This document shows positions 12,041 to 24,779 of a stretch of DNA of 64,000 nt, in pieces. The stretch comes from Octopus bimaculoides (taxonomy: Eukaryota), in the NCBI RefSeq assembly GCF_001194135.2, contig NC_068985.1, positions 86,727,475-86,791,474 of the forward strand, read 5' to 3'. A program made the translations under genes and the position numbers. Below the pieces are notes generated by a model. It saw nothing but the letters and a program-made list of their open reading frames with translations. It was not told the origin of the DNA and ran no database searches. Numbering within the stretch: the stretch's first letter is position 1; every line of letters begins with the position of its first letter.

Positions 12041-14025
12041 CTCAGACATGAAATATTACTACTAACACCATTCCACATTTCCATATCTATTTCTTTTAGA
12101 TTGTGTATATCAGCGTTAGTGTGTGTGTGTGTGTATTTTGTGTCATGTCTACTAATATGTGTATATATCTGGATGTTTAAAGCATTTTGAATAAGTTTAA
12201 GGAAGTTTTATTAAAACCAGGAACTGCCCTGTTAACATCAGTTAGTCATACTTACTAGCTTACATTTTTATATCATCATTTCTTTCCAGTTTATCTCTCA
12301 GACATCTTGCTTTTACTTGCCCTGGCTAATTCTCTTACAACAGACAACAAGCTGTTGTCAAAATTCTCATAGAACCTCTTTCCACGATACTTAACACACG
12401 GGTACCAATCTCAAAATCCTTCTTCTTCCCCAAAAAGTGGTCTTCTGAGCATGTTCTACTTTCATGTGAATTTCAGTTTCTCCAACCTATTATTCAAACC
12501 AGGTTCTTAGTGCTCCCAGTACCCCCACCCCACCTACAACTACAGGAATGGATCTTTCTCCCTTCATTACACACATTCATGCAATTTTGTCTTCTAGTAG
12601 CTTGTATTTTTCCATCCTTTCCATTTCTTTGTCACCCACTCATGTAACTCCATTTTGAGATCCTTACTAAATATCTGCACTGTTGAAATCAGACAGTTTA
12701 TTTCATGTTCACTCTTCCCAAAGATCTCAAGTCGTCCATATATGACAGGTGAGTTAACTTGCCTCCATTTTCCGCAGTGTACCCCAGTCTCACTTTTCGT
12801 AATATCTGTGTGAAGGATATCATCTTTCTCAGGTGTTTTACGAAATAGTTAATTTTCTATATTTAAACTACTAAATTCTGTTGTGTTTCCTCTTTCCCTC
12901 CTCCCTTTCGCTTTTACGTATATTTTTCTTGCTTATTTTACGTCTTCTCAGTCAGCAGCAGCAGCAGTGACAGCATCCACCCACCCACCCCGCTGGTGAT
13001 ATATTATTATTATTGTTGTTTTTGACATAAATCTGAATATTTTCTGTGCTAAACTTTACCAAATTTCGCTCTCCTTTTCCTATTCTTTCAAACCATTTCC
13101 AAGAAATCAGTTTTTTTTTTTTTGTTTTTTACCTGCTTCTTCTCTTTCTCTCCCTTATAATCTCTCTTCATCTCTTTGTCAGACACACCGCATCAAGAAT
13201 GACACATAGCATATGTTACTAGGAACCAGAAAATTTGGTTTCGCAACGCACTTCCTCTTCCTATCTCTCTCTCACTTACCCTCACTCCACCTCTCTCTCA
13301 TTATTATCTGCTGTAAATATTCCCCTGATTTTTATTCAATATTTTCTCTCTTCTCTCTTTTGCCCTCTTTTTAATTTCTTATATACATATATGTGTGTGA
13401 GTGCATGTGTACATGTGTGTGTGTTTATATATATATATATATATACCTATATAATTATATATACATACACACATGCATATCTATATATATACACACACAC
13501 ACAAATGAAGATTTATATATATATATATGCATATATAATCTAATATCATTCTATTTTGATATAATTATTTAGAAATTGCTTTGAATAGATCGCTTTACAA
13601 CTCAAGATCTTAACTATTTATTAAGCATTTCACAGAGAAGAATTAAAAACAAAAACAAAAAAGTACAAAAGAAAGAAACAAAGAGAAAAGGAACAAAGAA
13701 AGAAAGAAATAAAAAAAAAGCAAAAGAAAAGCAAACAACATCAACTACAATAACAACAACAACAATAAGACTCACACAGCAAATCCTTTTGATATTAAAA
13801 CATATGAAAAGACCCTAAATCGATCGTTGATATTCAATAAAGTCAATTTACAAAAATGTAAGACTACAAGTTTGAACGATGATCACTGAAAATGTCATAT
13901 TTATGTCTTGAAGAGAGAAAGAAAGTCTCTTTTTTTTTCCTTCTTCTTTCTCCTTCTCCTCCTGTTCTTCTCTTTCTCTATCTATCTTAATGTGTGTCTA
14001 TGTGTATATATATATATATATATAT

Positions 14026-14247
14026 NNNNNNNNNNNNNNNNNNNNNNNNNNNNNNNNNNNNNNNNNNNNNNNNNNNNNNNNNNNNNNNNNNNNNNNNNNN
14101 NNNNNNNNNNNNNNNNNNNNNNNNNNNNNNNNNNNNNNNNNNNNNNNNNNNNNNNNNNNNNNNNNNNNNNNNNNNNNNNNNNNNNNNNNNNNNNNNNNNN
14201 NNNNNNNNNNNNNNNNNNNNNNNNNNNNNNNNNNNNNNNNNNNNNNN
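14026..14247. other. Assembly gap (N run)
   Basis: Continuous N. Confidence 1.
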
Positions 14248-14357
14248 TCTTCTTCTTCTTCTTCTTCTTCTTCTTCTTCTTCTTCTTCTTCTTCTTCTTC
14301 TTCTTCTTCTTCTTCTTCTTCTTCTTCTTCTTCTTCTTCTTCTTCTTCTTCTTCTTC
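14248..14357. repeat. (TTC)n microsatellite
   Basis: Perfect run. Confidence 0.98.
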
Positions 14358-14460
14358 ATACATTGTTGTTGTTGTTGTTGCTGTTGCCGTTATTATGGTT
14401 GCAGATATTGTTGCTGATGTTATTGTTGAAATCTTTATTTTTATTACGATAATCAAAAGA

Positions 14461-14640
14461 CGAAATGCTGAGCAGTATTTCATCAGCCGTCTTCATGTTC
14501 TGAGTTCAGACTCCACCAAGGATGATTTTACCTCTCATCCTTTCATGGTTGATAGATTAACTACCAGTAAAATACTGGGGTCAATGTAATCCCCTATCCC
14601 TCTACCCCACTTATCAGGCCTTGTGCCCTTAGTAGAAAGA
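14461..14640 (+). mobile_element. Family A SINE (5'-truncated, old)
   Basis: TTCTGAGTTCAGACTCC..CATCCTTTC..ACTGGGGTCAATG..GGCCTTGTGCC. Confidence 0.8.
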
Positions 14641-14671
14641 TTAGAAAGGATTATTAATATTAATCTAGTTA

Positions 14672-14890
14672 TAAGGTGGAAAGCTGACAGACTCGTTAGC
14701 ACACTAGGCAAAATACTTCATAGCATTTCACTTGTCTTTATGTTCTGAGTTCAAATTCTGTCGAGGTTGATTTTTGCCTCTCATCTTTTCAGAGCTGACA
14801 CAATAAGGACCAGTAAAATACTGGGGTCAATGTAATTGACTTAACCCCTCCCCAAAAATTGCTGGCCTTGTGTCAAGATTTGAAATCAAT
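14672..14890 (+). mobile_element. Family A SINE
   Basis: AGCTGACAGACTCGTTAGC..CTGAGTTCAAATTCTGTCGAGGTTGA..GGCCTTGTG. Confidence 0.85.
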
Positions 14891-14999
14891 ATTAATCTTG
14901 TTATATTTATTAATAGAGTTAATTTTGTTAATATTATTATTACTACCATTATCATTACTATTAATACTATGATTACCATCATCATCATCTATGTCTTTA

Positions 15000-15220
15000 T
15001 TGTCCACAAGGGGCTAAACATAGAGGGGACAAACAAGGACAGACAAAGGGATTAAGTCGATTACATCGACTCCAGTGCATAACTGGTACTTAATTTATCG
15101 ACCCCGAAAGGATGAAAGGCAAAGTCGACCTCGGCGGAATTTGAACTCAGAACGTAACAGCAGACGAAATACCGCTAAGCATTTCGCCCTGCGTGCTAAC
15201 CATTCTGCCAGCTCGCCGCC
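15000..15220 (-). mobile_element. Family A SINE, young copy with alternative tail
   Basis: CpGs intact (GACCCCGAAAGGATGAAAGGCAAAGTCGACCTCGGCGG); the tail differs from other copies (ACAAGGACAGACAAAGGG). Confidence 0.92.
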
Positions 15221-15814
15221 ATCATCATCATCATCATCACTATTATCATTAGCTTTTGTTTTGCAAAGAGCCATGTCCAGAATGTAGGACATTCTGGTGA
15301 TCATGCTCTGTCACAATTCTCTGTTCTTTGTTTTCTATAATAGTTCCATTTCCTGATGTTCAATGCTTATTTCTTCCAACCAATTCCGTCTAGTTTGACC
15401 TCCATATCATCATTATCTTTCCTCTGCTTATTTTCCCTTCAATCTTTCTGGTCATCTCTAAATACTCCAGGCCCTCTTTCCTTATCACATGACAAAGAAA
15501 TCTCTGTTGCTTGGCCCTCATCTCCTAAAGTAATTTTCTATTTTCCACAATCCAGGGGTTATCACTTCTTCATTAGACACTTTCTCTGTCCATTTCTATC
15601 CTCAATATTCTCCTTCAGAACCACGTTCCCCAGCTCTCCAATCACCTCCATGTGTCTGATGTTATAGACCATGCCTCACTTCCATACATTAACACAAGGT
15701 AGACATAGCAGTTCAATATACAGATCCTGATCTTGATACTCAGAGTATGGTTTCTCAAGAAAGTATACTCATTTTTATTTTTGTTATATTTATCATTAGC
15801 ATTATCATTGTTGT

Positions 15815-15837
15815 TGTTGTTACTATTATTATTATCA

Positions 15838-15923
<86 letters not shown>
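15815..15923. repeat. (ATT)n microsatellite
   Basis: Direct read. Confidence 0.98.
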
Positions 15924-16426
15924 GTGAATGTCTTACCTCAGTGACTGTTGCTCATGCATCTGTTGCTGTCACAGTTCTTCCTTTCTTTAAATATTATTTG
16001 TCACAGTAATAAGTTCTATCACGACATCATTCAATCTGATGCTTACCATACAATAATTTCCTATTGTAATCTCACTTAGAATATTTATTCTCAATATTAT
16101 GCTTTTTCCTCTTTTTTTTTTTGGTTTTTCTTTAAAAATTAGGTTAAATTAACATTTTTACAGAATCCTTCTCTGGCTTATTGTTTCCAATGTTTTCGTG
16201 CATGCAAGCATGGCTTAATGTTCATGTGTATATAAGTCTACATATATGCATGCATATACATGTCTTTCTTGTATATGTGTGTTTGACTGTGCGTGCATGT
16301 GTGTGTGTGTGTGTGTGTGTGTGTTTACATGTTGTGAGCTCATGTGTCAATTTAGTAAGTATTCATGCACTGACGATTTAAACAGTTGCAAAGCTGTGAG
16401 GTTGTTATATCAGTGTGCTAACGCTA

Positions 16427-16467
<41 letters not shown>

Positions 16468-16944
16468 GCGCGCGCGTGTGTGTGCGCGTGTATTTGTGTC
16501 TGTGTATGTCTCTCTCTCTCTATATATATATAGTTGTGTGTGTGTGTGTGCACATATATAAGTATGTATGTATGTATGTATGCACGTACCCTATTTCTTT
16601 TTAATTTAGAATAAATTTTAACTGGCCACCTACTTGGTAACAAGGTTGGGAAGGAAAGCAACTTGTTTTATTCATCATCCTTTAGATCTTAAGAAGGTCC
16701 TTGCAGATTTTTATAGCACCAGATATCTTGGTCATTTGTAGGAAATGAAATAAGAATTTAGCATTCTCTCCCATTATATGGAACCACAAGGAAATATGTT
16801 TTGTTGTGGAAATCAGCTGCCATCTGGATACCAAAGTGATTAGAAAAATACAAGAGAAATAGGACATTTATGGACTATTGATAAGGAATTTGCAAAGCCA
16901 GAACCCAAGATACACTTTCAGTTTCATTCATATTATTATTGGAG

Positions 16945-17165
16945 CAACAGGATACATACCAACCTGTCTGGAACAAAGTATGGCTGAACTTGGAGGCAAT
17001 TCTGTCACAGGGTTTCGCATTTATAGCTGAGAAGAATGGAACAATGTGAAATCAAGAGTTTTGCTGAAAAAAATGCAACATGCTCCTTGGTCTGTGAATT
17101 GAATCCATGATCTAGCGATTGTGAGTGCAACACTGTAACCAATAGGCCACATGCCTTCACACGTG
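16945..17165 (-). mobile_element. Family B variant SINE
   Basis: AGCTGAG..GAACAATGTGAAATCAAG..TTGCTGAA shared with 38100-38300; head-like CCAATAGGCCACATGCC. Confidence 0.6.
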
Positions 17166-17229
17166 CATACATGTGTGTGTGTGTGTATGTGTGTGTGTGT
17201 GTGTGAGAGAGAGAAAGAGGAAGCACGGT

Positions 17230-19350
17230 AAAGTGTGACATTCAACTGAAATTGGTCTCAGTACGGGCTCCACAATCCATTCCAGTGTCCAGTATGGTAC
17301 AACTTGGTGGCATCAAACTTACAGTTGGTTAGAGTCTGGAATATAGACCAACTAACAGAAAAAAATAATTTGCAGAAAACAGGTGTAGTATTCAAAGGTT
17401 TATTGGATAAGCATTTGTGCAGCTTACCAAATAGCTTTTTAAGTGAAGGAAGATAACTTAATAATCACCAGACATGGCTGAATGGAAGAGTTTAATTTGG
17501 GATGTACTCTTTAATTATCTGAAAGAACTAATTACAGATAACTTTAGAACATATAGTGACACTGCAAGTGGAATGTAGGAAGAAAATTCGAATAAAATGT
17601 TTGCATGTGATACATGAAAAATATTTATGGAGATGAAGAATGGAAAAATAATCTTTACCCAGCAAGGTAAATAGTAATGGAGAATTAGTGCAATTTAGAT
17701 ATTTAAAGTAGATTTGTAAGCAATTTTAATTATTCAACAAAGAAGTTTGTGAAGCTGTATTTCATTAAATCTTTAATGAGTAAGACATAACTCATTTAAG
17801 TAGCATTAAAAGATATCTTAGCTAATTATGTAAAGAAGGCATCCATATTGGATTAATAGTGAGGAAGTATTTATTAACTTAAATTTGTAAATATGATTAA
17901 ATAGTTTATGTTAAAAAAAGGCAATGCAAGTTCATTGGTTAATTTAAATAAAGAATATGGAAACAACATTATAATGATTCAGAAATTCTTAGCTGAATGT
18001 TTATTCTCTACTGTAATTGAATAAAGAACATGGAATTGAAAGATGCCCTAAATGGTTCTTAGTTCAGGAATTAAAGTAAGATAATATAGAATACAATATA
18101 ATAAAGAAGATACTGAGAAATAGGGTGGTACATTATATTATAAATCTATAAGAGAATGGATTTATGATGATATTACAAGAAAATATTTGTTAAACAATTT
18201 AAACTAAACAATTTGATCTTATTTAATTAGCTGAAGATGAGGTTGTGGAATATATTTCTGAATTAATTAGTTTAATCAGAAAATAGCATCAATACATGTG
18301 TGAATATGTTAAAATTAGCCAACATTTGATCTGTAATAGATCAATCTAGGGATATTAAATAAAATACTTATTTAGTTGGGAAATCATGGAAGTACTGGAG
18401 GGAAAAAAGGAGCAGAAGATAAGAAAGAATGAAATTAATATGAGAAAAGAATTTAGAAAATAAAGTGGAAAGTATGAATTAAAATTATATACTGAAGAAG
18501 TTATACTGAAGATAATTAATCTATTATTGGAATCCTACCAAATTAGTGGCTAAGTGGAATTATGAAAATTCTATGAGTGGAGAAGTATTGGAGGATGAAG
18601 TTGTGTTCAGTAGTGATGCACTTTAGACAGAGTGCAAAAGTTTGTAGGTCCTGACAGTTGGAGTCCTCTCAGAATGTTTGTTAAAAATTTGATCTTTGAC
18701 AAATAGCATCACCAAACTTTTCAGTCTCATATTTCTAAGATTTAGTTTTGAATAATGTTTTCCACATTATATTGTGAAGTACAGATTTATATATAATTTT
18801 GCTAGCCACAGTTGTTGCATTTGTTGTGGTTTCTAATGGTGTAGGTTTGGACGTTATATCAAAATTTAAAAGTGTCAGAAGTCAATCCAATATTTGCCTT
18901 AGAACTGCTCTTGGTGTTAACCAACTGTCAAGTTGTAAACTATTTTCTCAATAATGTAAGTTGAAGGAACAAGTTTTTAAGTGAATTAAAATTCTATTGT
19001 ATTGATGAATCTATATTAATTAGTTCAGTTTTGAATCAGCTCGATTTCTGTAAAGTTAGGAAAAAATTAGAAGAAGAAATTTGGTGTTTTGTTAAATATT
19101 CAATATTTATGTTAAGTGCAGTGGGGAAAATTCCTAAAATATTTTGACAATGTTTTGAAGACCAGTATAGCTGCAGAGAAGCCAAAGAGATGTCGAATCC
19201 AGGTTATGTTTCTACCTATTTCTATTTGTAAATGTGAATTCAGTTTATGAGGCTTAGCTTTAGATCTATTTCTAGTTAGATAATCATTATGCCATTATAA
19301 CAGTGGATTAATTCTGAGAAGATATACTCATTGTAGAGAAGTGAGAAAGT
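17230..19350 (-). mobile_element. Highly decayed retroelement body, possibly PLE RT region
   Basis: Strongly strand-skewed AT-rich block; near-open minus frame ending IFQTLTNCKFDATKLYH, with shifted frame TILDTGMDCGA, resembling the PLE RT motif-B region (NYFxFNGKLYxQxxGTxMG). Confidence 0.35.
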
Positions 19351-19409
19351 CTTAGAGAGATGCTTTATTTCTACTAAGTTCTTAAAGGTATTCCAAAGAT
19401 AGCACAAGT

Positions 19410-19410
19410 G

Positions 19411-19453
<43 letters not shown>

Positions 19454-19572
19454 ACACACACGCACACACACACATATATATATATACATATTATTTTGTT
19501 TAATATATTCCTCTATACACAATCATACAAAACCGCTTTTTTGTATTTATTTTTACTCACATATATATATAT

Positions 19573-19630
<58 letters not shown>

Positions 19631-19661
19631 GTATATATATATGTATGTGTATGTGTTTGTG

Positions 19662-19708
<47 letters not shown>

Positions 19709-19760
19709 TTATATGTACATATACATATACATATTTACACACACACACACACACACACAT
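19410..19760. repeat. Compound (CA)/(TA)/(TG) microsatellite cluster
   Basis: Direct read. Confidence 0.95.
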
Positions 19761-20722
19761 GTATATGTAGTATAGCTTGTGGTTATGGTAGAAAACACTT
19801 GATCATAGTGATACCTGGTGGGTCTGAACTTGAGACTGCATGGTTGGAAAGTAAGCTTCTCAATCACATAACCACATCTGTGCTCATATCAATTATTAAT
19901 AATTATTTATCATTGATTTGTTTATTAATCAATTATTAGTCATTTACAAAGTTTTCGAGTGAGCAACAAACTACTTACTCAAATATGCATTTATTCCATT
20001 TACATAATTATTTATTAATCCAGTTAATTAATTATTCATCAAATCAGCTGTATAATCAGATATTTATTTAATCAATACATATTCCAATATTTTTTTCTGA
20101 AACGCATAATGGTCTCTCTCATATAAATTCATCACCAGATATTAGGTATCCCTCAACACAATTAGTCTTAATAAACTCCCTTCCACAGCATCTTATTGTA
20201 TTGTTATTCATCATAGTTTGACATATCATGTTACTCATCATTCTGTTTTCAAAATATTCCTACAAATTTTACTGTTTAACGCTGAATATTCCTTCTACCT
20301 GTCACATTCAGTTATAGCCTTTTATGGTGAAAAAATAAAAGAAAGAAAAACACCTTTGCAACCATTTATTGAGTACTTATTATTTTTTTTTCTCTTTACT
20401 GAATTCTTTAATATATCATCTGATTACGATGCGAGGACTTATTTTATTGATGGAATATTTGTATTCTCTTTCCAACATGTAGATGCATCTGTCGTTGCCT
20501 TGTTCCACCATGCCTGTTATGAAGCATTCTTGTAAATGGTATATGTATGCGGCTATGTGTACACACAACCGCATGCACTTGATATAATATTAGATGACAA
20601 CATACATACGCATTCACAATATGTTCCAGTAGATTACAACATGATAATGTTAATTGCCTTTGGAGAACTCCTTCTCCTTTAGACATTATATGTTGATGAT
20701 ACAGTTCATTGAGACAAGGAGA

Positions 20723-20769
20723 CTTTCAGACACTGGTATTTCGACTTTGTCGTGTCTCTTCAGTTAATG
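20723..20769 (-). ncRNA. Candidate minimal type I hammerhead ribozyme
   Basis: Minus strand: cattaa CTGAAGA GAC acgacaaa GTC GAAA TACCAGT GTC tgaaag; core and 3-bp stem II intact, stem I only 4/6 paired. Confidence 0.35.
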
Positions 20770-22789
20770 CCTCCCTGGATCAATGAAACTAAACAATAGT
20801 GCTGGCTCTTGTTTACAACATTTAGCAAACAAATCATTTGCTGATGCCTGTGAAGTTTATTATTAATTATCATACGTTTGTAGAACAGTGAGAATCAGGA
20901 TAGTAATATAACTGTCTATATAATGTTTTTTTGGTCGTTATACCTTAGTTAGTTAGAGAGGTGGAGGTAGAGTAAGTGAGAGGTGGAGTAAATGTGTATG
21001 AGAGAGGGGTGTGTGAGTAGAGAAGAAAGAAATGAGGAAAAAGTAGAGAAAGATGTACAATAAGGCTAAATGGTTAGCTGAAGGGAGAGTCAAAGAGCAA
21101 GAGAAAAAGACAGTAAGAGAAATGAGGGAGAGAGAAGTATTAACGATGTTTTGTAGGATGAAGAGGGAAAGGTAAAGAGATATGTTTAGGATACAATATT
21201 TAGCTGAGGGTGACGTTCTGGTGGTAAGGTTAAAGAAAGATAGATAATCAGAGATGTACAGGGGATGCAGATTTATTGAGAAAGAAAAGTAGAAAGCATT
21301 TGTATTGTCAGACTAAAGACACATCGACAACAAGAAAAAGTAGATATAAGCAAACAGCTGGACTGAACCGAAATGAGCTTTGTTACTGAAAACTATAGTG
21401 ATGGTGTAGGTGGTGGTGGTGGTGGTGGTGATGGTGGTGGTATGTTGATTGTGAAATGTATATTTTTTTTATTAAATGAAAGCTATAATGTTATTCTTCT
21501 ACCTGTTCGTTCACACTTTACGCTTTAATTTGTTATAGAGGAAGAAGAGGGGGAGGATGAGGATGAGGGGGGAGGAGGTGGAGGGAGAAGAGGAGTGAGA
21601 GAGAGGAAGAAGAAATGTGAGATTGAGTGAAAGAGCTGATAGCCAGTCGATGCACTATGCTGTCACTCATATGGTTAGTAGAAGTGAAAAGTGAAGGGAA
21701 AGAGAGAATTGTTTAAGACATGAACATGGGAATTACATGGTTAAAAATCTTGTTGAAGAGGTAGAGAGAGAAAAAGAGAGACCTAAAGTGCTTAGTAGAG
21801 GGAAATTTTAAAATCATAAAAATATTATTTTGACTGGAAGTGAAATAATTTAGCGAAATAAAACTAAAAATGCGAATTGTCCTTTCTTTCTGAAATAGTT
21901 TCTCTTAATCTTTTTCATTCTGTGGAATTTCCATGGGTCTCACAAGTTCAATCTTAATAGGTTCTCCCAGATTTGAACATGTTTAAGTTAAATGATTCTG
22001 TGGTTTGGTTTTGGTTTTAGGAGAATTCTTCTTTCAGCTTTCAGGTTTTGTGTACCGAAAACACACTCAATCCTTTGAAGTTAGAGGTCTTTGAAAACAG
22101 AGTTTCACCATGTTTGTGTCATTCATGTTTGATGACTTCGTTCTACAGAAATGGCCTTTCCCTTATATGTTATCAACAAATATTCTAAAAATCTATGACC
22201 CCCAATTCAATAAAACAAACTATTTGTATCTGAGTAAAAGACTGCTGTCATTTTTATCGTTTCTCTTTTAGCCTTCCAGTGGTTTATTCCTATTCACCGT
22301 AGTGAAATCAATGGAACTTGAAATATTCCGATCTCCACACTGATATGTGTGTGCCCTAAAAGATGTTTTTATGATGCTGTATTACTATAATAAATAAACT
22401 CTTTTATCACCATTATCATCATTATCTTCATTTGAATCATTTAATGTTCATTTTGCCAAGCTTTCATGAGATATCCATGTCTTGGCTTGTTTCCATTGAG
22501 CCAAATGACAGATCCTCAATATGGTCCCTTATTGTGCTAAAAATTGCAACCAATTCCCCATAAACTCACACTTTACCATCTTGAAGTAATCCAGAGTCTA
22601 TTATGTTTGAGAAAATGGGATGGTCATGGTTGGAGTTCTTTAATCTTAAGTTACCTTGATCTAGGATCAACATGGGACTAAAGTACAATAATAATAATGC
22701 TCTCATTGTTTACTTCTGTTAATATCTAGATTTATCGATTTCATAACAACTGAATTTTGTGGGAAAAGGGATTGGTCTTTAGCTGCAGT

Positions 22790-22885
22790 TATCAACCAGG
22801 ATCCAGATGAGATGTTTGGGGATCCACACAAATAAAATAGTAAATTGAGGATCTGCAGTAATATTTTAAGGGTCCATGAAAAATT
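22790..22885 (+). mobile_element. Partial hAT-like MITE related to 30766-31012
   Basis: GTTATCAACCAGGATCCA..AAGGGTCCATG resembles GGTTCTCAACCAGGGTCCATA. Confidence 0.45.
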
Positions 22886-23954
22886 TTACTTGAGATGGAT
22901 TGAGTGCAAGAAGCAGCTAAGTTTGGTTTCTTTTTCAAAAGTTTTGCATCAACAAGTTTCCAACCACTGAAACCTGTTCTCGCAGAGAGTTCTGTGGCAA
23001 ACCCACACAAGGGAATGGGTGAAAATAAAAATAAGAATTTTGAAAGGAGCATCTATAAAACTAGGTTTTAAGCATTGAATGCCTATGGAGGCCCACCAGA
23101 GACTGTGTTTATCACAGATATTTGCAAAGTATATTTTAAAAATACTTTATGTTGTACTGCTGGCATAAAATGAACTCACAGCCTTTCAGTCATTGGATAA
23201 TTCCTCTACTACCTCAGCAATCTGCTGTTACCATTTCCCTAATATCATAGCATTTACTTCCGAAGAATAAACCTCAAAATTTTAACTGAAAGATTAAGTT
23301 AATCATCAAGAGGACAAAAGAGTTTAGATAAAAGTTTGAGATAACAAAAGAACAGCTGTTTCGATGTACAGTCATTCTAGAGTATATCAGAAATTAATAT
23401 GGCAATATAAATATTTCAAAAATATACCATGGAAACCTGTGTGATAAATATAGTTACTAGCATTGAATAAGAACGTGTGAAGATAATTGAATTTGATGAA
23501 TATGAACATAGCTATATGGCAGATCATTTTAATAGTTATGTAATGTAGAGTTCTGCAAGAAGATTATGCAAATATCTAAATATTTTAGCTGTAAAAAAAA
23601 AAGAAAAATGGCGCTATGATTGCGTGAATGAGAACTGCCAAACTTTCAGTGAAAAGACTCTTTAAAGAGCATAACATGATGTTGTCTAAATAATTTTGAG
23701 TCAAATATGAGTTTTCTTTCTATGAAGCAGAATTCATCAAGAGTCTTTTACTAAAGAAAAAAAAACCAAACAAGCAAAAAATGCAAAAACAGCATCATAT
23801 GACAATCAGAATTGCAGGAAAGATTTAAATGCTTTTGATACCAACTATCCTGAGATTGCCCCTGGTTAACAATATGCAAGTTGTTGCCTAACTGGAATGG
23901 TAGGGAAAATAAGGAATTGTAGCTAAAGATATTTTAACTTAGTGTGACTAAGTG

Positions 23955-24305
23955 CAGGCATGGCTGTGTGGTAAGTAAATTGCTTACCAACCACATGGTT
24001 CCAGGGTCAGTCCCACTGTGTGACACCTTGGGTAAATGTCTTCTACTATAACCTCAGACCGACCAAAGCCTAGTGAGTGAATTTGGAATATGGAAACTGG
24101 AAGAAACCCGTCACATATATGTGTGTGTGTGTGTGTGTGTGGATATGTTTTGGTGTCTGTGTTTGTCCCCCACCTTCACTTGACAACCGATGTTGGTGTG
24201 CTTATACTCCTGTAACTTAGCGGTTCAGCAAAAGAGACCGATAGAATAAGTACCAGGCTTACAAAATTATGTCCTGGGAGTCAAATGACTGAAACAAATA
24301 AAAGA
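23955..24305 (+). mobile_element. tRNA-derived SINE, family B (CORE-like), near full length
   Basis: A-box TGGCTGTGTGG, B-box-like GGTCAGTCCC, CACCTTGGGTAAATGTCTTCTACTATA, internal (GT)n, tail GACTGAAACAAATAAAAGAAT. Confidence 0.9.
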
Positions 24306-24510
24306 ATGGCACAAGGGCTGAAATTTCTGGGGAGGGGGCCAGTCAATTAGATCACCCCCACTAGACAACTGGTACTTAATTTATCAACCCTGAAAAGATG
24401 AAAGGCAAAGTTGACCTCGGCGGAATTTAAACTCAAAACGTAAAGACAGATGAAATACCACTAAGCATTTTATCTGGTCTGTTAACATTTCTGCCAGCCT
24501 GCCACCTTAA
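24306..24510 (-). mobile_element. Family A SINE nested in the family B tail
   Basis: Family A core; flanked on both sides by AAAGAAT tail repeats. Confidence 0.9.
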
Positions 24511-24728
24511 AAGAATGAAAGAATAAAAGAATAAAGCAGGTGCTCCGTTTTTTTATATTCCATGCACACTTATCCATTCCAGTCAGAGGAATTTTTGACT
24601 GAACATTGAACTTCATGCAAACTTTTTCAGAGCTCGTAGCATAGCATCAAATTTCTACCCTTGAGACTAATAAAATGTTGTGAGTGAAATCTGGTTGACA
24701 AAAATTGTGCAAAAAATTGTCATAGACA

Positions 24729-24778
<50 letters not shown>

Positions 24779-24779
24779 G

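Noticed and set aside
22792-23052. 86-aa minus ORF or exon (ELSARTGFSGWKLVDAKLL..)
   Set aside because: No recognisable family, it runs into a MITE fragment, and no compatible neighbouring exon was found
23955-24030. A-box/B-box sequences as tRNA genes
   Set aside because: No cloverleaf or acceptor stem; they are the heads of multicopy SINEs
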